A stretch of DNA of 64,000 nt from Candidatus Hydrogenedentota bacterium (GTDB lineage: Bacteria; Hydrogenedentota; Hydrogenedentia; Hydrogenedentales; SLHB01): assembly GCA_963745075.1 (NCBI GenBank), contig CAVUWV010000036.1:333813-397812 (forward strand), given 5' to 3'. The notes below the pieces were generated by a model. The model did no database searches, was not told where the DNA came from, and saw nothing but the letters and a program-made list of their open reading frames with translations. This document shows positions 43,980 through 52,856 of this stretch, piece after piece. Numbering within the stretch: the first letter of the stretch is position 1; the number at the start of each line of letters is the position of its first letter. The translations under genes were made by a program, and so were the position numbers.

Positions 43980-45365
43980 ATGTTTAAACGAAAATATTTT
44001 CTCATTCTCATAACAAGTCTCCTGGGGATATCACTGCTTACAGCATGCACAGGAGGTAAACACAAAGACACTATTCAGGAGCAGAACGATTCTCTGGCAA
44101 CAGTCTTTAATAAGTCGCTGAAAGATAATATTCTGGCTGTTTGGTACCCCCTAATGGTAGACACAATTGACGGAGGCTATTACAGCAATGCCACATACGA
44201 CTGGCAGCTTACAGAAAATCAGCTAAAAATGCTGGTTACCCAGGCCCGATTAATGTGGACAGCTTCGGAGGCAGCTATGTTCCTGCATGATTCTTCTTAT
44301 ATCCCCTATGCGCTGCATGGGTTTAAGTTTCTTACTAAAAAGATGTGGGACAGCAAGTATGGAGGATTTTACAATATTGTTACAAAAGACGGCAGCAATA
44401 CCACTGCATCTTACAGCACCAACAAAATGGCCTACGGCAATGCCTTTGCTATTTATGGCTTTACTTCTCTGTATAAACTAACAGGAGATTCCCTGGCATT
44501 GCAATGGGCTAAAAGAACCTTCTTTTGGCTTGACAAACACAGTCATGACAGCGTGTATGGGGGCTACATTGACCCGATGAACCGGCTGGGTGAATGGATG
44601 TCAGGAACAGATGTTAAGCTGATGAAACCAGACGAAGAACACCCTGTCTGGAAAGACTACAACTCTTCTATTCACCTGTTGGAAGCTTTCACAGCCCTCT
44701 ACAAGGTATGGCCCGATTCACTGGTAAGAACAAGACTGGAGGAGATGCTTACCCTGGTCAGGGATACATTTGTCAATCCCAAAGGGTACCTCAACCTGTA
44801 TTTCACAACCGACTGGCAACTGGTCAGTCACCAAAACATGAGCGAAAAAGAAATCCGGAAGCAAAGCTATACCGATCATATTTCCTTCGGGCATGATGTG
44901 GAAACTGCTTTTCTGATGCTGGAAGCATCTCACGCCCTGGGCCGGGACAAAGACACCACTACCCTGCGCATCGCAAAAAAGATGGATGACCATGCACTGA
45001 CCAATGGTTTTGACAAGCAATACGGCGGGTTTTATAATGAAGGATATTATTTCAGTGGAAGCGACACTATTTCCATCCTGAGTAAAAATTCGCAATGGTG
45101 GATACAGGCAGAAGGAATGCACAGTATGTTGATGATGGCTCAGCTCTTCCCTGAAGAGCCAACCTACCGGCAGGCCTTTCTCAAAACCTGGACTTATATT
45201 GACAGGTATATTATTGATCACCGGTATGGTGGCTGGTTTATCGACGGGCTGAATTACGATCCGGAGGTTGTAAAAGCTAACAAGGCATCCATCTGGAAAG
45301 GGAATTACCACAATGCCAGGGCGCTGATGAAATGTATTGAGATGTTGCAGAATGATGGCGTTTGA
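43980..45365 (+). CDS. AGE-family epimerase (cellobiose/mannobiose 2-epimerase-like) with lipoprotein signal
   Basis: QARLMW, YGNAFAIYG, NSSIHLLEAFT, SFGHDVE, WWIQAE, WKGNYHNAR; lipobox LLTAC. Confidence 0.85.
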   Translation: MFKRKYFLILITSLLGISLLTACTGGKHKDTIQEQNDSLATVFNKSLKDNILAVWYPLMVDTIDGGYYSNATYDWQLTENQLKMLVTQARLMWTASEAAMFLHDSSYIPYALHGFKFLTKKMWDSKYGGFYNIVTKDGSNTTASYSTNKMAYGNAFAIYGFTSLYKLTGDSLALQWAKRTFFWLDKHSHDSVYGGYIDPMNRLGEWMSGTDVKLMKPDEEHPVWKDYNSSIHLLEAFTALYKVWPDSLVRTRLEEMLTLVRDTFVNPKGYLNLYFTTDWQLVSHQNMSEKEIRKQSYTDHISFGHDVETAFLMLEASHALGRDKDTTTLRIAKKMDDHALTNGFDKQYGGFYNEGYYFSGSDTISILSKNSQWWIQAEGMHSMLMMAQLFPEEPTYRQAFLKTWTYIDRYIIDHRYGGWFIDGLNYDPEVVKANKASIWKGNYHNARALMKCIEMLQNDGV

Positions 45366-45817
45366 TGGTTCGGTAGTAATCCGATTGCTATCGGATCAGT
45401 TGATTATTCGGTTGTTTATTCGATAGTAATTCAATTGTCCATTCAGTAGTACTCTGTCGTTGATTCGATGGTTGGAAGGTAGTTCGAAATAGTTCCAAAT
45501 TGTTCCAGGAGGTTCAAAATGGGCGCTTCGGGATGAATATGGCGGGCGGGCTCCCTTTCAGGGGATTAAGGGGCAGCGCGGGGAAAATTCGGTTGTTTAC
45601 TCCCCTTCCTGCCGCAAGGCTCAAGCCTTGTGGCCTTTATCTCGAGCGTATTTGTAATGCGTTCATCCCATTGTTAAAGGTTTAGATCTGGAGGAGTTTA
45701 AACATGAGCTGAAAGCTCTAAAATAGTTTAAGATTTGAAAGGGTTTGAAATGCCATAACATTAACAGAAAATAAGTAAATTCAGAACTAACTAATACAAT
45801 TACAAAAACCAAACACT

Positions 45818-47813
45818 ATGAAAAGTATCAACAGTATTTTTAAATTACATAATTCCAGACTATCTGGACTTTCCCTGGCGATTATATTCATATTGCCCTG
45901 GCTCTGTTCAGTCCCGGCAACAGCCCAAACCCAGGTGATGGCATGGGGCAATATTACCGGAATCCGAATTGAAGGCCAGCTGATGGATTTTGAAACAAGT
46001 CTGCAGGTAGTGGGCCGTAACTGGCAGTCGGTGAATGCGACCGGCAAGGAAAGACAGCGCCCCACCTACCATCGTACCGGAGACGAGCAGACCGTCACCA
46101 CTAAACTGGGTGGCATAGCGTTTAAGGAAGTGGTGACTGAGAACAATCGGGGCAGTGCTGTGGTAAACATCACTTCAGAAGCGCTGAAGGACACTACTCT
46201 TGAAGGGGTTTATTTCTGCGTTGATCTGCCTGCATCCTACTATACCAATGCAAGGCTTAAGGTGAACGGAGCGGCCAAGGAGAAACCAGTATCGCACTTA
46301 ACTGGTACAAAAGATACCAAGATACGCTCAATGGGTGTCCGGCAAATTGAGATCACTGGAAACAACAGCAACTTACCCTGAAGTTTCCCGGAATCAGTTT
46401 AAGGATTTTTCCGCAAGGCAGATGACCATCCCCGGTTTTATGTGCAATTGATGGGGTCAAAAATCAGAAAAGGAGCAACCAGCAAAGCAACAGATCACAC
46501 TACTTTCCTCAGGAGAAATTGACCATTCAACCGCAAGCATTTCTATTGATGCCAACAAGCCCGGCAGACTGTTTGCCGGTTTTGGCGGCAATTTCCGGTT
46601 GCAAAACCCCAAAGCTGATCCGCAGGTGATACAGTATTGTCTCAATAACATGCGCGTAGCATGGGGACGGGTAGAAATGCCCTGGGGCATGTGGCAGCCG
46701 GAAGAGAATATGAATCCGATCGATTCAGCAAAAGCCAGCAAACTCAACAAACATGTGTACAAATCAATGGAGATGGCACAGGAACTAACCAGAAGAGGCA
46801 TTCCGGTAATTCTGAGTGACTGGCAGGCACCAGACTGGGCCATCGTGGGCGAACAACAGGATGCTTACCGGTACCGTCACCTGGGGATCTTCGGGTATCC
46901 GCTGAAGAAGGATAAGATGCAGCAGATCTATCAATCTCTGGCTGATTACCTGGTTTACCTGAAAGATGAATATGGTGTGGAACCGGCGCTTTTTTCCTTT
47001 AACGAATCCGATCTGGGCATCAATGTCAGGATGACCGGTGAGGAACATGCCACTTTTGTAAAAGAATTTGGTTCCTATCTTGCTACACGCGGATTGACCA
47101 CCAAACTGTTGCTCGGAGACAATTCCGATGCTACCACGTTTGATTTTATAAAGCCTGCGATGAAAGATCCGCAAACCTATCCTTATATCGGAGCCGTCTC
47201 CTTCCATTCATGGAGAGGATGTGACGATGCCACGCTGAAGAAATGGGCCGGAGCGGCCCGTGAGATGAACCTGCCGCTGATCGTTGCAGAAGGCAGCACT
47301 GATGCAGCAGCTTACCGTTATCCGGATATATTTTTCGAGCAAACCTTTGCCCTTTATGAGATCAATCTATACATGCGTATTTGCAGCATCAGTCAACCTC
47401 TGTCTATCCTGCAATGGCAACTTACATCCGATTATTCCCCACTCAAAGGCATGGGCATCTTCGGCACTGAAGGACCATTGGAACCCACCCGCCGGTTCTG
47501 GAACCTGAAACAGCTGGCTTCCACACCGGCTGCAGCCTATTCATTGCCTGTCACCTGTAACAAAGAAGAGGTAAACTGTGCCGCTTTCGGGAACATTGCC
47601 CGGGGTGAATATGCCATCCATATGGTTAATAACGGCGCTGCACGCAAAGCAGTTATCACAGGCATTCCCGAAGGAATAAATAGCTTTAGAGTCTATGTCA
47701 CCGACAAAGAGAAAGGCATGGAAAAGACCGGTGAAGTATCCGTTGTGAACGGAAAAGTGGAGGTGGAATTATTGCCAACGGCTTTTGTGTCGTTGATTAA
47801 TGGGGACAAGTAA
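45818..47813 (+). CDS. Putative clan GH-A (GH30-like) hydrolase, broken by several frameshifts at ~46365-46495
   Basis: Signal-peptide ORF plus downstream ORF with FAGFGGNF, FNESD (acid/base candidate), SFHSW, IVAEG (nucleophile candidate) and a C-terminal beta sandwich. Confidence 0.55.
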
Positions 47814-47814
47814 C

Positions 47815-48172
47815 AACTCTTGCTTTGGGAATGAGTGAGGGTCTGGTGTAGGCAAGGATCACGAGAAATATTAGTAACAAGGTGACAATCCTTGCCTTTG
47901 GCAGGAGCGAGGGCCTGGTGAAGGCAAGGATCACGAACGGGTTGTGGCCTGGCCATGCGGGAGTGAGTAACTTAAGTAACAGGGTGACAGAAGAGCTTTG
48001 TGTTAAAAGTATAAAGTAGATAAGTAACCCTGAAACTATTTGAAACAACTTAATAAACAACCGAATCCTTGCCTTTGGAATGTTTCACGCAAAGGCCGCT
48101 AAAGATTTCGCAAAGGCCGCAAAGCGCTAATTCTTAGCGTGCTTCGTGGTTCTTTGCTGACTTTGCGTGGAA
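47815..48172. repeat. Mosaic repeat island (reverse orientation)
   Basis: 85-bp composite at 47887-47971, a second hairpin, 8- and 10-bp repeats, and a CACGCAAAG..CTTTGCGTG inverted element at 48086-48169. Confidence 0.75.
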
Positions 48173-48215
48173 ATATTAAAGATTTTCGGACAACATTGTA
48201 GCTTTGATTTTTTGT

Positions 48216-50111
48216 TCACTTGCAATTTTCACAATAGGTATCCCGGAGGAATTTATTGTCAAGTAATTGAAAGGTAATTCCTCCCTTACTCGAGGAATTA
48301 AAAAGCTCACAGTACCTTGAAGGGTTAATATTTATGGCATTAAGCAAAATAGCACGATAATCCGGCCGGTTGATAAGCTTGTTGTCGATAAGCGTAAGAT
48401 TGAGATAGTAAAACAACAGATCTTCATCCACATCAACCTGATTCACTTTATTTTTAAGAAGCTTGACAGCCAGGTCGTATCGAGCATAAGAGGTAAAATA
48501 CTGTGCCAGGCTCAGCAGGTCCTGATCGGTATTTGTGATGTATCTGTAATTTGAATTGATGTAGCGCAGGGAATGGTCAATCCTTGCATAATCATGTTCC
48601 TGCATATAATATTCGCACTGAACGATCTCGTAGTTGATAAGCATACGCCTGATCAAGGATTGCTCAATTCCGTATTTTCCAAGACTAATTATTTCTTTTT
48701 TAAAGTCAGCAGGAGTAATCCCGCTGGCTCCAAGTAACCAAACCTTGAACTTCAGTGCACATATGTTGTATCGTATGTGACCGTCTTGTGGCATCAGATC
48801 TCTCAGGTCGTTCAATTGCTTCAGGGTGTTGTATACATCGGTCTCATTCATCATGTATTTAAACACATAATTCTTGTTCAGTAAGATACTGAACTCACTT
48901 TTTTGAGGTATCTCAAGTTTATCCAGGTAACCAACCGGTGTCTCATGGCTCCTGACCTTCTCAAAGATTGAATTCTGCAATTCAATGGCTTGTTCAAGAT
49001 TTTTCTCGGAAACTGATTTCTCAAAAAGGGAGACAAGTTCATCAGCTGACAAGCCTTTATATTTGTTTTTTTTGCTTAATTCCAGCACCACCACAGCCTT
49101 TCTGTGCTTTTCCAAAACAGGTTCAAGTTCCTTTGCCAGTTTTTTGTCGTTCAATTTCTCTTTGATCTCCGCTTTTGTCAGCTTAGTCAGATAATTATAG
49201 GACGTACCGGTAATATCATTCAGGAAATCAACCCAGTTTTCAGCAGCTTCGATCTTTGTCTCTATTGTTGGTTGTTGATAGGCCTGCAAAGCACTGACAA
49301 TATTTTGCGCCCGTTCCTGCTGTAATTCAATATTTCTGTCCACGTTACCCTCCACCGAAGAATATGCCCGAATGGTGATCTTTCGAATATCAAAATCTGT
49401 AAGCTTCAAAGAGTCATACAATGGTTTGATATCCTGCTCCGAGAATTCCGCCTTATTCTTCTTAAAAGGAATCACAAATCTCATGGTTTTGTGTTGAAGC
49501 AGATATTTCTCCTGATCGCTCATGCTCTTATCAAGCTGTGACTTGTAGGTGAGTGTGTCGAAATAAATACCCATGTCCAGCAAGTCCCAGCGGTATGATT
49601 TAATATTATAGAAGTAATTATAAAAACACACATATTTATTTTTCAGGAAAACAATATTGTATTCTACTTCCTTATCGCGGTATATTCTTGGCAGAACTCC
49701 TACTTTCACTGCCAATTCTCCATTTTCAGACGGAAGAGAATTCTGTTTAATCTCTTTCATATTTAAAGGCGGGAGAAGATGACCCTTGAATCCGGAGCGT
49801 TTTTTTATTAGTTTCTTAGAACAGTCGTATCTGTCGCGGCTTACCACATCCACTGCCAATCCGTTTATACCGGCTTTTGTAAGTGCTTCAAACCATTCCT
49901 TATTATTAACTACAAAAAAAAGGTTATCATCATTATCACGCAGTACCCCAAACTGTACTTCCCGTGGTTTGGTACTTAACATTTTTGTACAGGCTACGCA
50001 CTTCTGTTGCGATTTGCTGGTTGGAGGTAATAAACCATAATTTGATTGTCCGTATGAATCCGCAAAAAATATAACGATTACGGATAAAAAGAAAAACATC
50101 TTTTTAAGCAT
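48216..50111 (-). CDS. Exported hypothetical protein with an OmpA-C-like segment
   Basis: Signal peptide; IPFKKNKAEF..ITIRAYSSVEG...NIELQQERA resembles an OmpA-like domain; helical C-terminus. Confidence 0.6.
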   Translation of the reverse strand: MLKKMFFFLSVIVIFFADSYGQSNYGLLPPTSKSQQKCVACTKMLSTKPREVQFGVLRDNDDNLFFVVNNKEWFEALTKAGINGLAVDVVSRDRYDCSKKLIKKRSGFKGHLLPPLNMKEIKQNSLPSENGELAVKVGVLPRIYRDKEVEYNIVFLKNKYVCFYNYFYNIKSYRWDLLDMGIYFDTLTYKSQLDKSMSDQEKYLLQHKTMRFVIPFKKNKAEFSEQDIKPLYDSLKLTDFDIRKITIRAYSSVEGNVDRNIELQQERAQNIVSALQAYQQPTIETKIEAAENWVDFLNDITGTSYNYLTKLTKAEIKEKLNDKKLAKELEPVLEKHRKAVVVLELSKKNKYKGLSADELVSLFEKSVSEKNLEQAIELQNSIFEKVRSHETPVGYLDKLEIPQKSEFSILLNKNYVFKYMMNETDVYNTLKQLNDLRDLMPQDGHIRYNICALKFKVWLLGASGITPADFKKEIISLGKYGIEQSLIRRMLINYEIVQCEYYMQEHDYARIDHSLRYINSNYRYITNTDQDLLSLAQYFTSYARYDLAVKLLKNKVNQVDVDEDLLFYYLNLTLIDNKLINRPDYRAILLNAININPSRYCELFNSSSKGGITFQLLDNKFLRDTYCENCK

Positions 50112-50403
50112 GATCAGGTATATTAGTTAGTTTCGTTTTAATCTTTCAGAAGATGATATATTGACATCCTTGTACTAAATAATTCCAGATGCTTGTGTCT
50201 ACAAGCGTTCAGACTAATTTTTTACTCCCCTTCTATTGCGTTCTGTTGACTAAACAATCAAATATATAAAAAAAATCCTGTTGGACAATATCAATGCTGC
50301 ATATCCATACATAAAAAATTGTCTGACAAGCAAGCTCCTATTCAGTTTACTCAGTTTTTATAACTATTTAAAAACCCCGGAGACACAAATAGTCATTCAA
50401 TTC

Positions 50404-50917
50404 TATTCAAAGCCCATTTAAAGTCATTCAGTGTATAATTCATTTCATTCAGTATATAATTTATTATGTTCAGTATACAATTCATGCCGTTCAACTTAGG
50501 ATTCATTTCATTCAGCGTATAATTCATTAAATTCAAACGTGAATTCAGCTCTATCGACAAACATTTTATGTTATGCATTTAATAATTTACCACATTCAAT
50601 GTTTAATTAATTCTATTCATCATAAGATTCATTTGATACATTGTTTGTTTCATGGCATACATTCTATAATTAAATTAATTCAGTATCCACTTCAATTTAT
50701 TCAGCACCTATTTAGTTTTGTTCAGCCTATAATTAAATCTATTCAGTACATAATTAATTCTGTACAGGAAATGATTTACCTTCTTCATAGCACTATCAGA
50801 CGTGTTCAAAGGATAATTAGTTTTGTACAATACTTAATTAATTCTGTTCAAAGTAAGATTTGATTGGTTCAACCTAAAATTAACTCTCTGCAATGGGCTT
50901 TTCGTGCAATTCAATGG
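50404..50917. repeat. Degenerate 21-bp tandem array, 24 full units with no indels
   Basis: Manual alignment; consensus nATTCAnnnnnnAATTnAnnn. Confidence 0.85.
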
Positions 50918-50965
50918 AGGGAGTATTGCTGATCTCGTTTCTTACCTGGCCTATTAATAATATAA

Positions 50966-51224
50966 TATGACTATCGGGAATCATGTATAAAGCTAATATC
51001 TATTTAAAATATTGCCGGAAAAAGAACGCTTACGCTGCCCCCTCCCCCCCCTGAAGGCCTGCCTGCCGCACGCAGTACAGGCAGGGGGGCTCACACACGG
51101 TTTACCAATTTCAAATTTAGTATAAATATGTGCGCTGGCTCCCCTTCAGGGGATACAGGGGCTGAGCGAAAGCATTGTAAAATCTGAATCATTTTAAATT
51201 TATTAATCATTCCCGATAGTCATA
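50966..51224. mobile_element. MITE copy 2 with a nested 28-bp hairpin
   Basis: Same TIRs as copy 1; 8-bp flanking duplication TAATATAA. Confidence 0.85.
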
Positions 51225-51598
51225 TAATATAAAATAGACAGATTAATATATACACGAATTCGTTATTATATTCCTCCCAGTGTATATTATACTGATTAAA
51301 AAATGCTTTTTGCTATTGATTTTAAAGAAAATACCTCTTATTTTTGTTAGAACTAAATGGGATAAACCAGAAAAATATCAAAATATTACTAAAGGGAGTT
51401 ATATGAAGAACGCTAATAAAACCGGGAAGGAAAATGAATTTTTAGATACAACAGAAGAGGATAGTTTCCCAATAAAAACAAATATTGATAAATTATATTA
51501 AAACGTATATAAAACCCGAATATTAATAAACTCTTATACTGTCCGGAAGATCTTCCCCACAAAAATTAATATGTACCAATTTTAAAAAACCAGATGTA

Positions 51599-52240
51599 AT
51601 GAATGATTCCCAGAATAAGCATTTGAGGATGTTTGACAGCGTGCAAGCTGTATTGAACAACCATGAAGAAAATTGGAATATCATACCGATTATGGTAAAA
51701 TTGAAGAAACAGTTTGATGAGCTGATTCAACAGATTGAAAAGCTCAGTGAAGAGGCGAATCCGGGCACAAGTAAAATTACAACCGGAAAAAAAGTCCTGC
51801 GTAAAGTTCTGGTTATTAAAGCAACCGGACTTTCAGGAATACTTCAATCATTTGCTTCAATGAAAAAGGATGCCGCTCTCTTGCAGCGGGTGACATTTAC
51901 TAAGTCAGATCTGAACCGGGCCAAAGAAAAAGAAGTTGCCGCAATGGTCAGACCACTATTATCTGTTGCACGCCAGCACCTTGATAATCTGAGTGATTAT
52001 GGGATAAACGAAGAAATACTAACAGAGGTGGAAACCAGCGTTAATAATTTTGAAGAAGTTATAGGAGCGCCCCGAGAAGTAAAAAACAGGGCCTTTTCAA
52101 AAACAGCAGCAATAAAAGACCTGTTTTTTCAGACCAATGAATTGCTCAGAAATCATTTCGACAAGCTGATGATCCGCTTTAAGGAAATTGCCCCTGTGTT
52201 CTATGACGAATATATACGGGCACGTACAATTGTTGATTAA
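51599..52240 (+). CDS. Hypothetical all-helical protein
   Basis: 213-aa ORF ending FYDEYIRARTIVD; amphipathic helices; no function recognised. Confidence 0.75.
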   Translation: MNDSQNKHLRMFDSVQAVLNNHEENWNIIPIMVKLKKQFDELIQQIEKLSEEANPGTSKITTGKKVLRKVLVIKATGLSGILQSFASMKKDAALLQRVTFTKSDLNRAKEKEVAAMVRPLLSVARQHLDNLSDYGINEEILTEVETSVNNFEEVIGAPREVKNRAFSKTAAIKDLFFQTNELLRNHFDKLMIRFKEIAPVFYDEYIRARTIVD

Positions 52241-52435
52241 GTTGCCGATGCCACTGCAGCCCGTATTATGAACCACAATCCGGAAAAAATAAGACATCTG
52301 GCAATTGGCTATGATATGGGATTGGGTGAAATCCATGAAGAAAACATGAAGCTGCCGGGGGAAAATTTGAATAACCTGCGGATTAAAAGCGGACGCTTGC
52401 TCATTTGAGATATGAACTAATAGCTACTAATAAAA

Positions 52436-52825
52436 CCACAAGCGAGACGCTTGCAGCAGGTGAGGCGGTTTGTTATCGGTTTGAAAGGTAACAAAGTAAC
52501 AGAGGAGCTTCACGTTTCATCCGGATCAGCACGATCGCCACGAAGTGGCAGCTCAATTCAGCCCCAGGCAACGCCTGGGGATAGAGTAACCACATACACA
52601 TACGCCCTGAAAGGGCAGGTAATAATTTAAGCTGCCCTTTCAGGGCGCAATTGTTTTTTTTGCATTAATAAACCCAGGGCGTTGCCACTGGGCTGAATTA
52701 AGTTGCCCTTTCAGGGCGTTGATGCGGTTGTAATTATTGGGTTATTGCAACCGCAAACCAGCGATTATCCTTTGTCAGAAGGGCCACAAGCGAGACGATC
52801 CGATAGCTATCGGATGCGGTAGTTG
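52436..52825. repeat. REP-like island with GCCCTGAAAGGGC / GCCCTTTCAGGGC hairpins
   Basis: Three GCCCT(GAA/TTC)AGGGC units and two CCCAGG..CTGGG hairpins in inverted arrangement, bracketed by CACAAGCGAGACG units. Confidence 0.7.
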
Positions 52826-52856
52826 GGGCACTTTCACCAAAGTTGTTCAGTCAGCC

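Noticed and set aside
50393..50863. ORFs 50393-50578 (-) and 50573-50863 (+) as real genes
   Set aside because: They are stop-free stretches of the 21-bp array, which extends beyond both; coding status is unsupported.
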